A stretch of DNA of 64,000 nt from Narcine bancroftii (taxonomy: Eukaryota), in assembly GCF_036971445.1 (NCBI RefSeq), contig NC_091475.1:33232001-33296000 (forward strand), read 5' to 3'. Within the stretch, counting starts at the first letter, position 1. Each line of letters opens with the position of its first letter. This document shows positions 12,401 through 26,386 of the stretch, one piece after another. The notes under the pieces are model-generated. The model ran no database searches, had not been told where the DNA came from, and worked only from the letters and a program-made list of their open reading frames with translations. Position numbers and translations under genes: made by a program.

Positions 12401-13765
12401 ATTGAATTTGCAACAACTGTTTGAATGTTCTTGATGACAAACATTGGAATGCAAATTGCTTCAGAAATCCTATTTCTTAATTTTAGGGCAAAGCACAAGT
12501 CCAAGTTGAAAACTGAGATTTTTCCTCAATTGAGTCATGTATCAAAGGATAGCTGGAGTTAATAATAAAAACACAAACCAATAGATTAAAACATACACCA
12601 GAATAAAACCAAAAAAAATCAACCAAATAGATATTTTCAACATCAACTTCTACATTAAAATTACGATTTAAAGAATGTGCAAATTACAGTGAAATTTGTT
12701 AAATGTCTCCAGAAGTTTTCTCAAATAAAATGTAGATAGTCATACCAGAATTCACACAACAATGGCCTCCTATTGGGAAATAAGGTAGGGCAAGTGACTG
12801 AAATGTCAGTAGGAAAGCATTTTGGGATGAGTGACCGTAATTGATTTTAAAACAATGATGGTAAAAGATAGAACCGCTCCACAATTAAAGCCTTAAACTG
12901 AGGCAAGGATCATTTTGAAAGGGATCGAGAAGAACTTGTAAAGATTGATTGGAGGTGGGGGGAGGGGTGGGGTGCTCTGTGCAAATACAGCAACATCTGG
13001 CAAGTGGGAGGCTTTTAAAAGTTCAATGACAGCATATACCTGTTTCAGTGAATGTCAAGGTTGGCAGGATTAAGGAACCCTCATTATAGCCATGTCAGCC
13101 CTTCGAGTCCGCACCAGTTCACTTGAACAACTCCACTAGCTCAACCCTCCCGCTCTCCGCCCATAACTCTCCAACCCCCTCCATGTACACAAACAACCTT
13201 CTCTTAAATGATAGAAGGGACCCTTCCTCCCTGTGAGAGTTTTCTCCAGGTTCATCAGCTTTCTCCTACCCTTAAAAATGTACGGGTTTCAAGGGCAGGA
13301 AGGGCATGTGACTGTGCTGTATCATTAAAGAATGGGCATTGTGGGAAGCGAGGGATGGAATTGTGAGAGCCATGACAGAGGTATTTGCCTCATCACTGAG
13401 CTCAGGTGACATGCTGGTAGACTGGAGTTTTTATCTGAGAAAGGCTGCAAGAAGTCTGGAACTACACAGCAGTGAGTCAAACATCAGTTCATTATTGGAG
13501 GAGATTCTAAAAATCAAGATCTCTCAGCATTTGAAAAGGCAAGAAGGACTACTTAAGGATAGTCCGAGTGGAAAATGATGTCTCCAAATATACGAATATT
13601 GAAAATCTGCTCAGAAAAGATATGGAGGTGTATGTCAGATATAGGCAGCTATATCAGGACCAAAACATTTGCAAAATAAAGAACACTGCATGAACTGCTA
13701 AGTTTCTCCAGCATTTTTGTGTATTGAATGACAATTACATCATCTTTTGACTTTCCTGTTTAACT

Positions 13766-13962
13766 TCTTCTTTGGCTTGGCTTGGCGGACGAAGATTTAT
13801 GGAGGGGTAATGTCCACGTCAGCTGCAGGCTCGTTTGTGGCTGACAAGTCCGATGCGGGACAGGCAGACACGGTTGCAGTGGTTACAAGGTAAAATTGGT
13901 TGGTTGGGGTTGGGTGTTGGGTTTTTCCTCCTTTGTCTTTTGTCAGTGAGGTGGGCTCTGCG
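13766..13962 (-). mobile_element. 5'-truncated RTE LINE, 3' end
   Basis: Closely matches 48163-48366, with a (GAA)n tail and TSD gtttaact at 13758 and 13963. Confidence 0.85.
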
Positions 13963-14161
13963 GTTTAACTAGATTGATTGTTCCCCCCCCCCCACCGATG
14001 CATAGAAAACTAAGGGATGACTTTAAAAGAGGATTATAAATTGAGGAGGAGTATGGATAAGGTAAATGGTCACAAGTATTTCTCTCGCCCCCCCCTCCCA
14101 GGTAAGGGATTCTAAAAGTAGAGGGCAAGGGTTTAAAGTGAGAGGGGAACATTTAAAAGGT

Positions 14162-14337
14162 NNNNNNNNNNNNNNNNNNNNNNNNNNNNNNNNNNNNNNN
14201 NNNNNNNNNNNNNNNNNNNNNNNNNNNNNNNNNNNNNNNNNNNNNNNNNNNNNNNNNNNNNNNNNNNNNNNNNNNNNNNNNNNNNNNNNNNNNNNNNNNN
14301 NNNNNNNNNNNNNNNNNNNNNNNNNNNNNNNNNNNNN
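14162..14337. other. Assembly gap (176 N) inside a CR1 3' fragment
   Basis: Run of N. Confidence 1.
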
Positions 14338-15959
14338 AGTATTTAAAAGACACGTAGGGCCAAATGCAGGTAAATGGGAGTAGATGAGGTGGAAAGCTTG
14401 GTCAAGGTGGACAAAATGGGCTGAAGAACCAGTTTCTGTGCTGTGTAACTTAAGACTCCAAATTAAATTATCTACAACTGTACCATTGTGCATCTTTTAG
14501 AGTGGCTGCCACACAACACAAATCCAGGTTAAACCGTGATCTCCAGTGCTGTCTCTAAAGGCCACATAGGTTTCCACTCGGATATCCAGTTTTTCTCCCC
14601 CACATCTCAAAAATGTATGAATTGGTAGGTTAATTGGCCACTATAAATTGTTCCTACTGTACAGCGGAGAAATAGAATCTGGTGTGGAAGTTGATGGAAG
14701 AGGAAACCAAAATATTGTAAAAAAGGATTTTTGATGTTCAATATAGACTTAGTACATCAATAGTTTCTGTGTTGTATCTCTCCATCAACAGAATGCTCCT
14801 CACGAATATTCACAATATCTGAAGAATTTAAATTTTGTGTAGAAAGTACTATTTATCTTTTATGTTAAATGTACAAAAATTGGTTATTCCCACAGTGTTA
14901 CGCAATTGCAATCATGTTACACTATTCTGAAAAATATGACCTAATACTTCACCAATAATGAAACAGCAGTAATAATGATTTTCACTTGCCTTCCTTGGGT
15001 TTTAAAAATGAATCCTCTTCAAACTAATTTGGACCCCGAGCCTGGGGTTGGAGGGCGGTGGCTACACTCAAAGTAGCATTAAAGAGCATAGAACAGTGCA
15101 GCACAGGAACAGGCCATTCAGCTCGTCTTGTGCCAAACATGATGTTCAAATCAAACAAAAATATCTGCTTCCTGCACCCGTTGGACACTGTTCCATCTAG
15201 AATCCTTTTGATTCCTACTTTTGTATCGGTGTTCACCACTCCTCCTGGCAGCCCTTTTACTTGTCTGTGTAAAATATTTGTCCTGCACATTTCCTACATT
15301 TTTTTTTGGTTGCCTATTTTCCCACTCTCCAGCTGCTCTCCAGACAACCTGGTTTACAGCTTTACTCCCTTGGTCATCCAATTTTACTCCATCATAGTCA
15401 TACCCCTCCCCCACCCATGCGGCACTTTAATAAGTTGCTCTTCTTCGGCTTCCCAAAGAATCTCAACCCTGAAACTTTAACTGCTTCTCTGCCCAGAGAT
15501 GTGGCCTGACCAAATGTCTTAATTGTATTCTAAAACAATTGTTAACATTTTAAACAGGACTAAATTAGCATTTTGATGTTAAGGCACATTTCAAAATGCA
15601 TTACAACATTGTATTCTCATGAAAAGATCATCTCCATCAAGAAATAGAAACTTTCCTTAATTTTTAAAGAAAATCAATGTGATCCTAAGAAAGTTGCTAA
15701 AGAAATATTCAAATGATTTACATTTTAACTTACAAAAGTTTCTTTTCTCAGACTTGAAACCTGATGCAAGTTCTCAATCTGAAATGTCAGCAATTCCTTC
15801 CCTTCTCCCCTACTGATTCTACTCCACCCTTTGAGTCCCTCCAGCAATTCGTTTTGTTGATCAAAAAAATGTGTAATGATTCAAAGACCAGCAATCTGAA
15901 GAGAACACAGTAGTTCTAATGGGAGCTAAACCTTCCCACAATTAACCACAGGAAGCAAA

Positions 15960-16844
15960 ATGAGAGACCGACTTCGAGAGCTTAGGCAATGGGCAAAAGA
16001 GACTGAACTTTCAACAGACAATGCAAGAGGAAAAACAAAGCAAAATGAAGTTAATGTGACCTTTAAACAGCAAGTCATCATTTTTGAAAATGAACCAGTC
16101 ATACTGAATTTCTTAGCTTATACACAAGGAATTCAAAATGACATTAATGAACTTAAAAACTATATAAAGAAACTATGTGATCAAAGCACTGCCACAGTGC
16201 TTTTCACAAGACGGTTCAGTATTATAAAAAAGGACAGTTCCAATCTTATTAAAGGTCTCAAGGTCCGCGCTGAGTCCATCCACAAGCAATTAAATTCTTT
16301 ATCAAAAGATGCCAAAGAGTCAGAGGAAGAGTGTGGCAAAGATGCAGTTGTTTCAAGAATTAAGAAAGCACAATATTCAATGCTGTTTAAGCAATATCAG
16401 ATGGCCATGTTAGAATTCAACACAGTTTTAACTAATAAACAAGAAATATGCAAAAAATTCATGCAACGTCAGCTTGAAGTTATTGGCAAAGAAACATCCG
16501 AAGAGGAGCTAAACAACATGGTTGAACATAACAAGTGGTACGTTTTCAATGAAAACTTCCTCAGTGATATCAAAATTACTAAACAACACGTGTCTGAAAT
16601 CGAATTCTGCCATAAAGAGCTAATAAGCCTTGAGAATCAGATCAAAGAGCTGCAAGATCTCTTTGTGCAGATTTCACTTTTGGTGAAAGAGCAAAGTGAC
16701 TCTCTAAACAACATTGAAAGAGCAATGTTGAACACAAAAGAATACACAGAGGAAAGCAAGGATGTAATCAACCAAGCAAGAAAATATGCAAAACAAAGTC
16801 TCTGCACAAAGTTATGTTGTTGGTGTTTCACTTGTTGCATCTAA
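15960..16844 (+). CDS. STX19: Syntaxin-19 (Qa-SNARE, no transmembrane domain, Cys-rich C-terminus)
   Basis: 294-aa single-exon ORF with an MRDRL N-peptide, Habc and SNARE domains, and the C-terminal LCCWCFTCCI. An acceptor (ccacag) lies 9 nt upstream of the ATG. Nested antisense in an ARL13B intron, as known in other vertebrates. Confidence 0.93.
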   Translation: MRDRLRELRQWAKETELSTDNARGKTKQNEVNVTFKQQVIIFENEPVILNFLAYTQGIQNDINELKNYIKKLCDQSTATVLFTRRFSIIKKDSSNLIKGLKVRAESIHKQLNSLSKDAKESEEECGKDAVVSRIKKAQYSMLFKQYQMAMLEFNTVLTNKQEICKKFMQRQLEVIGKETSEEELNNMVEHNKWYVFNENFLSDIKITKQHVSEIEFCHKELISLENQIKELQDLFVQISLLVKEQSDSLNNIERAMLNTKEYTEESKDVINQARKYAKQSLCTKLCCWCFTCCI

Positions 16845-17339
16845 CTTCCTGTAATTAGATGTAATTCACATGAATACTTATTCATCTAAAAGCACATCAG
16901 GGGAGAAACATCAGAAAGAAAGACAATAAAAGCAGCTAAAAATAAATTATTTCAACTGAAGATAACATTTGAGAAAACATTAAAATACCATTTAAGACCA
17001 TAAGACGAAAAAGCAGAAATGGGCTAAATTAAGCCCATCAAGTCTGCCCCGCCACTTAATCGTGAGCTGATCCATTTTCACACTCAGCACCACTCCCCAG
17101 CCTTTTCCCCCATAACCTTTAATGCTTGGCTAAGCAAGAACCTACCAATCTCTATCTTAAATAAATTCAATAATTTAGACTCCACAATCGCCTGTGGTAA
17201 CAAATTCCACAGATTTACCACCCTCTAGCTAAAGAAATTTCTATGTATTTCCGTTCTAAGCAGATGCCCTTCAATCCTGAATTTGTGCCCTCTTTGTCCT
17301 AGACTCTCCCATCATGAGAAAGAACCTTCATACATCTAT

Positions 17340-19900
17340 GTGTTCAACTTGACCTATAGTTTTCAATAGACTCTTTGTACTTCTTACTTGAAGACGGCTT
17401 ATTCATTAGCCCCACAGTACAAATGGCGCAAAAAATGCACAAGTACGTACTATGGCACTTCCTTGACCTGCACAGAGACTAAGTTTTGGGCTCAGTAAGA
17501 CCACTTGTCAATACTGAAACTTCAGCACCGTTTTTATTGTTGTTTGTCCCTTTTCTATATTCTTCTTTTCCCTAAGGAAATGTAGTATCTTAGGGTGTTT
17601 TTGACTGCATATGGTGCAGCTGAGTTGCTTTTTGCAGTTTTTGCTGGTGTGTCCTTTACACAGACAGCCAAAATGTACTCCATTTTCATTCAAAAAAATT
17701 ATTTTCTCACTACGCATCTTCTTTTCCATCTGTACACACTTTTCCCAAATCGTGCTTATCATTACAGAACAAACAAAAGGCAAACTTTCATTTTTCTTAA
17801 TTTCTTTATCCGCCACTGTCAGAGATGGCAAATGTACTTTTCTTCAACTTTGGTTGAGGATACAATCTGGACTTCAGCTCCTTTACTCACTGTTTGAGTA
17901 CCTTTAATTCCATACACTGGATCTGTGATAACGTCTATTTGCCCTTCAATGAACTCCACCAAATCCTTAAAAGTAGCTGACACGGTTTCTTTTTTGGAAT
18001 TCAACAACTTGACCTCCATAACCATATTATGAAGTTATGTCAAACTCTCAAAGATGGCCAATCTCCCTCATGACTTTGCAACATCCTCTTAGAAAGAGGG
18101 AGCAAGCTTGTAAACCTTTCATGTCCTCTGGTCTTATTAATGACAATGAAAGAACCTTCTATAAATAAGCTGTAGAAATTCTATACTTGTCGCCAGAATG
18201 CTTCTCTAATAGTAACCATTTAAGCCGGTTTGAATCCTAGGAATCCTAATTATATGTTGACAACTCTTTACAAGATTTTTTGGTGGTTCTCTCATGAACT
18301 CCTGAAAATAATGTTATCAATCCTCCTGGGTTTGACAGCTAATTTTAATACTGCATTCAAAGTTTTTATAAACAATTGGAATTCAAAGGGTGGGGAGGGG
18401 TCACCATCAAAAAGTGGAGTCTCTCTCTTGGGCAGAGAGAGTCTGTAACTACATTAATGATGCAGCTATCTCATCTTGTCTTGTTGTGCCTCGGCGTATG
18501 TTACTTTGTTCACCCAGATTTCTAATACTTGCTGGAATGCCTGGTATGACCCTCCATAAAAAGGCATTTGGCTCCCATTTCTGATTAATGTGGCCATCAT
18601 GTGTTTGAGATCTGGCTCCTTGCAACAACCCAATTAATTCAGGATCTTGCATCCACGGCACTGGTTCAGCCCCATGCCCTAACCTGCCTGATTCATGGCC
18701 AAGCATGTCCTGTGATTCTATCACTGGCTCAGGACCAAGCACGTATTGTGGTGGTAGCACTGGCTCAGCTTTGGTGTTTCATATTTTCTTTTTCTGAAGT
18801 CTTTCCTCAAAATGTTTTGCTTTTGATCATTTACTTCAAGCACAAAATATCACCATCTTCTAGTGCCTGTGTCCTGGCCTCATTAACAGTATTTTTTCGA
18901 CCAGTTCCAGTTGCTCCTTTTGCCTTTTTAGCTGCATTTCCTCCATTCTTAGCTGCTCCTCCTGTAGCTCCTTTTCCATCCACAGCTGCTCCTCTTCTCT
19001 CGGTCGCTGCTTTTCCATCCGCAGTTGATGCACATTCACCACCACGTCCATGTCAATTAATCCTCTCCTCTTTATCTTCTATGTTCAATTTAAACTGAAG
19101 CATTGCTTTTTCCACTTTAAGCCTGCCGCATCATTCTGAATCTTTACATGTGTAGATGCAGTACTTGTTATACTGGAGTTTGATCTAAAACTTCTCTTGC
19201 TCCTAGCAGTCAACACACTATCCTTAGGTCCTTTTAGGTCTTGTACATCAGACATTGCCTTAATATCTGACCATCTCCATTTTGGACACTTCATCCTCCT
19301 CACCACCATCTTGTGGCACAGCTTCAGACATGTCCTTGTGGCTGATCTTAATTTTTATTACTGGAATCTGCAGTAATTCTGTGAGATTTGTATCCCCAGC
19401 AACTGTAACCTTATCTATATTCTCTCTCAGTCTTGCTTGAAGAGTCGCTTTGTTTCCATCTGTCTCTAATTGCCAATTTCACAATTCTTCTACAAGTTCA
19501 TAAATTTTAATCTTCGCGGCACATACTTCTTTAGCAGCTACCACAGCGGCTTCCTCCATTCACTCGATTGTCGCCCTCAGAAACCAAATATGCACAACAA
19601 TCTTTTCAAAGCCATAACAAGTGGAAATTTCACCAAACTGTTTTCTAATTTAATAAACACACAGAAGGCTTAATGTTCTTCATTGGTCTTGGTGCTGTTG
19701 ATGTTTGTACCTCCTTTATCGATCTGCTCAATGCCCAATTGATCCATTCTTCTCTTCCAAATCCAATTTCCAACTTTCTATGTCTTCAAATCCGTCTTCT
19801 ATTGATGAACGAATCAATAGTCCAAATTTTTTGGACTAAATAGTTTTCTTTTGACTTACGATTCAATAGTCAGAATCCTTTTGACTAAATTGTGGGCTCT
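17340..19900 (-). mobile_element. BEL/Pao LTR retrotransposon, gag remnant
   Basis: Triple zinc-knuckle-like HFGCLCKGHTSKNCKKQLSCTICSQKHPKILH, TFKDLVEFIE...DPVYG, and an Glu-rich coiled coil; many stops. Flanked on both sides by CR1 pieces. Confidence 0.75.
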
Positions 19901-19909
19901 AAAACGCCA

Positions 19910-21530
19910 TCTCATAAGCATTTTACAAATTTTCTCTCAAGATTCCGTCCCAACCTGTTTTTCCCCCAATCTATTTGCATGTTAAAACCCCGTGTCTACC
20001 ATAACATTGCCCTTCTGATGCAACTTTTCTATTTGCTGTTTTAATTTGTTGTTCACATCCCAGCTACTGTTTGGTCTGTATATAACTGCAACAGTGTCTT
20101 TTTACCCTTGCCATTTCTTAACTCAACCCACAATGATCCTGTATCTTCTAATCCTACGTTATCTCTAATGATTTGATGTTATTCCTTCCCAAGAGAGTCA
20201 CACAACCCCTCTGCTTATCTGCCTGTCCTTTCTATACACTGTGTATCCTTGGACATTCAGCTCCCAATGACATCCATCCTTTAACCACGACTTCATGATG
20301 GCCACAACATCATACCTGCCAAACCGTAGCTATACTACAAGGTCAACCACATTATTTATTATGCTGCGTGCATTTATATATTTGCCCTGTATTTGTCACT
20401 TTTCTTTTTAAACTCCATTTCCCTGTTGCATTACAACTCATTTCACTGACTGCAATTTTGCCCTATCTGCCTGTCCTTCCACACAAACTTCCTATCAGCT
20501 GTCTCTGCTTGTATACCTTCCTCTGCCTCTTCACTTTGATTCCTACCACCCCGTTAATCTATTTTAACCACCCTCCCACCAGAATTAGCAAACCTCCCAG
20601 CCAGGATATTGATTCTTCTCCAGTTCAGGTCACCCCTTCCCAAGAAAAGGTTCCAATGATCTAAGAGCCTGAAACCCTGCCCCATCTCTTCAGCCACTCA
20701 TTTGTCTGCATTTCCTTCCCGTTCTGACCTTCCTTATCTCGAAACACTTGGAGTAATCCTGAGATTACCACCTTGGAGGTCCTGCTCTTCACCCTCTTTC
20801 TTAACTCACTTTGCATGACCTCCACCCCACCCCAGGCTCGGGGTCCAAATTAGTTTGAAGAGGATTCATTTGTACCAAAATGTACGACAACTTCTAGCTG
20901 CTCACACTCCTTTGAAGAATACTCAGCAGGCCAACATCCTGGACCCAGGAGGCAACAAACTATCCTAGTGTCTCTTTCGTGGCTGCAAAGTCTCCTATCT
21001 GTTCCCCTAAATATCGCGTCCCCTTTGACTCTAGCTCTACCCAAGTTCATCCTTCCCTTCTGAGGCTCAGAGCCGACCACAGTGCTTTGCTCTGGCTGCT
21101 CACTTGCTCAGATAGATCATTCCCCCTTGGCAGTATCCAAAGGGGTACTTTTTTTTTTAAATATAATTTTACTGAAATTGTGATCCCTGTCAGTAACAAT
21201 ATATACAGATATTCAAAGGGGTACTTGAGGAGAATGGTCACAGGGGTACCCTGCACTGCCTGCCTGTTCCCTTTCCTCTCCTGACTCTCACCCTGCTACC
21301 TTCCTCCTGCCTTCTAGGTGTGATCACATCTCTGTAACTCCTATTCATCACCCCTTCAGCCTCCTGAATGATCCAGTTCGTCCAAATCTAGCTCCAATTC
21401 CCTAACATGGTTTGTAAGGAGCTGTGGTTGGATGCATCTCTTGCAAATATAGTCATTGGGGATATGTTTGCTTCCGTGACTATCCAAATTCTTCAAGAGG
21501 AACATTCCTTGCCCTGGCAGCCATTCCCAT
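19910..21530 (-). mobile_element. CR1 LINE, 5' part (ORF1 esterase and start of ORF2), fragmented
   Basis: GDAIFRGTDRRLC..RDTRIVCCLLG and VVVHFGTN resemble the SGNH-esterase ORF1 of CR1. A 3'-tail piece lies at ~17000-17340. Confidence 0.7.
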
Positions 21531-22559
21531 TGTCTATTAAATAAGTTTTTTTAAAAAACTGTCTTTTCTAGACTTCAACTCCTGCACCACTACCGAAGCC
21601 TCTACTCACTGAAGCCTCTAGACCCAGACTCAAATTTCCACTCCTACACTGGGCCACTCACACAATGACCACTCTGCTTGAGCTATCCTTCCATTCAATA
21701 TCCATTAGTGAAGTGCCTGTGCTCATCACTGAGCTCAAAAGAACCATGGGGAGCACTGTACAGGCTAGTATCACTTTTTCTGAAATTGTTGTTCTCTATT
21801 GACAATAGCATTCTCTTATACTTACCAACACAAGATACGAAACAAACTAGTTGAGTTGAGGAGAATTGGCGTAGCAGTTAGTACAATGCTATCACAGCAC
21901 CAGCAACCCGGGTTCAAATCTGGCACTCTTTGCAAGGAAATTGTACGTTCTTCCTGTCTCCACACAAGTTTCCTCCCATGATCCAAAGACATATGGGGTA
22001 GTAGGATCATTGGTCACACGAGTGCATTTGAGTGCATGGGCTTGTGGGCTGGAAGGGCTTATTACTGTGTTGTATCACTAAAGGTTTAAAACAAATTCTC
22101 ATACAGCCAACCAAAAAGTAATTTTTCACAATTGTTTTACAGAGTGGAACAAATGGATTAAAATATAGGCAGAAGTTGCATATTAATCACAGACATACAA
22201 ATTTAGCTTTGAGGAGACATTGAAGTTCATAACATCATTTTATGGTTTAACATGCTAATAAAAACTAATCAATAAATACTAAGTTTTATACTCAATGCAA
22301 CTATAAAGTCAGGACCATTTTTATGAAAGTGTGATGCTATTTATTTTATTATTTTAAAGTCACAATTTTAAATGCTGAAAATAAGATTTGCCATTTCAAA
22401 TTGGCAACAAAAGATTTCTATGGAGGATAAGGGTGACTTTTGAGGTTTTGAAAATCATGAGCGAGAGAAGGTTCATCTCACAAGCAGTCCAACAAGTCAA
22501 CTCTAACATTCATACAGTAATATAAAAGTAGAAGGGCAAGAGCACATTACAGTGTGTAG

Positions 22560-23500
22560 TATTACAGTGAAAGGATTAATTAGTACGTAGTTAGGGCAGC
22601 ACGAGATCACTATTAGGAGGTTCACTTAGGAGCTTGATGGCTGGAGGGAAGAAATGGTCTTTGAATCTGTTGTTGCATGATCTCACACTTTTGATCCTTC
22701 TCCCTGATAGGGGGGAGGGGAGAATGTGGCGGCCATGGTTGGAAGGATTCTTCCGCGTGCATGCCTTTCCAATAAAGTGGGAGGTGCAGATGGAGGAGAG
22801 GTAGATTTGTAAGATGTTCTGATGTGAATTTTCTGCATCTGCACTTCTTCTGCACTTGGCTCTCAAATCCTTCCTGTATTCCATCATTTGAACCTGGCCT
22901 ACATGTTTGGTGTTGTCAGTGAATCAAGATGGAGTTGGCTATGCAGTCATGGATATGGAGGGAGGATGGCTGACTGAGCACTCATTCTTATGGACACCAA
23001 TTTTGAATATGATTGGGAAGGAGGCAATCTGTTAGACTGGAAGTCAAGGATCCAGTTACAGAGGGAAGGTGCTGAAGCCAAGGTCTCAGTTTGGGGATGA
23101 CTTTACTAGGGGCTATGGTATTAAAGATTCAGTTAATAAACAGTTAAACATAAGTGACCTTGGAAACCAGGGCCAGGTAGAGAGTCAGAGACACAATGAC
23201 TGCCATGAACCCCATAGATGGCAATCAAATTGAAGTGGGCCAAGATTGGCCAAGAGGTGAGAAATTATATCAAAACATTTCATGACGACGTGGATATCAG
23301 AGCCACGGGTCGATAGTCATTTATGATGCATTTCTTCAGGATTGGTCATGATAGTTCCGGTGTGAGAGATTAAATATATGTGGAATCAGCCACCAGCTGA
23401 TCTGCACAGGCTTGCAAGACACATCCAGGGACTCCATTGGACCACTCGCATTCCACACGTTCCAGAATGACAATCTGATGTCACCACCACTGACAATGGG
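22560..23500 (-). mobile_element. Rex1/Babar-like LINE fragments
   Basis: 3' ORF remnant HILPSPLSGRRIKSVRSCNNRFKDHFFPPAIKLL. Confidence 0.6.
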
Positions 23501-25238
23501 TGCAGTAGTGCACGAGGTATAGAGATATTCAAAGGTAACTTGAGGGGTGAATGTTTCACAGAGGGTGATGGGTATTAGGAAAGAGTTTCCAGAGGTAGTG
23601 ATAGTGATAAAAAATGAATAATGTCACAGTTCCATTATAATTACTTTACATTTGAAACTTTTTACCAAATGAAGGTTTTCCCCTCAGCAAATCATATTTT
23701 ATTCCTTCACCAATGTAGCTAATTAAGAATTTTAAATCCTGGAACAAGTTAGGTGATAAATTTGTACATCAGCCGGGACCAATGCCTGAAGAAGGCGTAC
23801 AAAATCAGTGAACCGGTGCGGACTCGAAAGGCCAACATGGCCTGTTTCCGCTCCATAAATGGTTATATGATTATGGTTAATGTTTTTTGCTGCAAACCAA
23901 AAGACCACAAAGTGACAAGTGCCAAATACTGCTGGAAGCTGGTACCATTCTTCTGCAAGGTAAGAAAAATGAATGGACAATAGGGCATTAGAATAGACCA
24001 GCTTGGGTCACTAAGCCATTGTATTCTAAAAATGATTCCCAAAGTTACTTCCTAATTGACAAAGTTCTCACAGTTCAGGTCCTTCCTGCTATAAAGAACA
24101 GATCCTGTCCTCGTATCTGAAGACATTTCTTTTTGTGAAAGTCTCTGGCATTCATATACATTGAAAACTAATCAAAATCTATAAAATGATTAACAAGTAA
24201 ATTTTTGAAATCAATGAAGAAAATCTTGAAAACATTTAAATAGAATAGTAATGAATGCAGTTTCAACCTTGAGTTTTAAAAATAAATTGGATAAATACAT
24301 GGATAGGCAAGGTCTAGAGGGTTATGGAATGAGAGCAGGTCAGTGGGACTAGCTAGTTTTATTGGTCGGCCCTGACCAAAAGGGTCAAATGGCCCGTTTC
24401 CTGTGCTGCAACATTCTATGGTTCTAATTAATTTTTAAATGGTTTGTAATTTGTTTCTTTCAGAAACATTGTTCTCCACTGAAATGACTGGAGTCACGAA
24501 GCTTGGCAAAAGATTCTGCTGGAAAGTTTACAATTGTAACTGTTGGTAAATGGTAGGACACTGGAGCCCTGTCATTGGACTGCCTGAGAAAGTTCAATTA
24601 TCAGAGTGTAGTCAAAACGTCAGGGCAAGAAACTCTCAGGAGGTTCATGATTCCTGTGATCATCTTTCAGAGGCATTTTAGTTTTTATTCTTGTTCTCCT
24701 TGCCATAAATAAAATTGATACAATTGTTAGGACTTCATCCATTAATCCTGGAGATATTTTGACAGTCAGTCAGGTATTCCATCATAATCATGAACACTAG
24801 AGCACAGAAACAGGCCCCTCAGTCTACTTAGACCATTCCAAACTATTATTCTGCCTCGTCCCATTGACCTGCACCCAAACCATGGCCCTCTATACCGCTC
24901 CCCCCCCATCCTTAATCATCAAGAAAAAAATCATGACATTTTAATTATGAGTGGAAAGGTTTACTTTACCTGCAGAAAATTACATGATCCAGTTTCCTCT
25001 TGAGCTTGGATTTTTAAAGCTGACATATTAATACAATACACCAAACATTTTGATTCTGTCCTACCTATAACTGCACAGAAAATTTGAGCCTTGTGTGCAC
25101 AGAAGCAGAATGCATATTAACCCTGGTGTTTAGCTACTGGAGGCCCATGTTCCTACTATTATTTTTTCTTAAACCAAGAATTGGAGGAAATAAATACAAC
25201 TGCATGTGCTTTGTTCTCTATTCAGTCAAGATACTTAC

Positions 25239-25488
25239 ACGAGGACAGGTTTTCCAGCAACCTTTGGATGCCTCAAGACATTGGCCACAGTATCTTTAAC
25301 TTCTTCCATTCGATCAATATCACTGGAGTCCAAAACAAAAATAACACCAAAGGATTCTGCATAATAGTTCTTCCAAATATCTCGGATTTTTTTACCTCCT
25401 CCTAAGTCATAAATGGTGACTTCAAATGTTTCTTGTTTTAAATCAATTCTTGAAAACCCCACTGTGGGAGCCACATCCTCTGGGGATT
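25239..25488 (-). CDS. ARL13B: ARL13B coding exon 3 (switch I/II)
   Basis: 250 nt encoding [13 protein letters not shown]...[19 protein letters not shown]...GKPVLV. DLGGG lacks the catalytic Gln, which is typical of ARL13. Donor GTAAGT. Confidence 0.97.
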
Positions 25489-26178
25489 CTGTAAAACAAA
25501 CAAAAAATATACAAAATGCCAGAAATTTGAAATAAAAACACTTTAGATATTTAAGGACAGGCAGTATCTAATGTTTCATTTACCTCTGGTTTCCTCACAT
25601 ATCCCAAAGACTTGTAGGTTGGTAAGTCACCTGACCATTGTAAATTGATAATAAGTGGGGAGAGCTGATGAGAATGCAGTGAGACTATGAGATATCCAGA
25701 TGTCAACATAACTCAAAATTAAGTCCATTTATCCAGAGTTTCAGATCTGAACTACTCAATTTTAAAACTCTCATCACTAGTTCACTTGTTCAGTTTTCTA
25801 TTCCTTCTCCAGCCATGTACATCTATCTCAGCATGTATATTTATAATTATTGCACATTCCAAATGTAAACATGACAGCTGTGCCTTCAACTGCTAAAGTG
25901 CCATAAATTCCCCCCTCCTTACACCACATCAATTTCCTAACTCTTCCCATCGAGAGCACAATACTTAAAGCCTCCATTTGATTGAACTTTTGGTCCTGTG
26001 CTCCAATTCAAAAGCAGCTCAATGTCAATTTTCCATTTGATAGCATTCCACCCTTCTCGTATGTTTATACTAAATGAAAGTGTTCCATAACCTAGCCAAG
26101 CCATCCCAATACAGTTACAATACTGGCATTTCCCCAACGATGTAGGGAAAAAAAACTAATACCATTCTGAATACAGTA

Positions 26179-26386
26179 CAGTCGTGCATCTACTTGTGCC
26201 TGCATTACATTCTGGAAGTGGGGACGCAAATAGATTTGGGCATGTCAATTATAGGTGAAGTACACTGTACAACAAAAGATACCATGACACATACATATTT
26301 ACCTAAACCTCTATATTTTACATGGTGACTTCGGACATGTTTCCGATCGGTCATTGCCTGATCGAGTGTAAGTCAACGTATGGCTG
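26179..26386. mobile_element. Tc1/mariner (Tigger-like) MITE
   Basis: TA|CAGTCG...GGCTG|TA termini with imperfect TIRs. Confidence 0.5.

Noticed and set aside
14023-14493. ORFs spanning X runs
   Set aside because: Artefacts of the N gap within a CR1 fragment.
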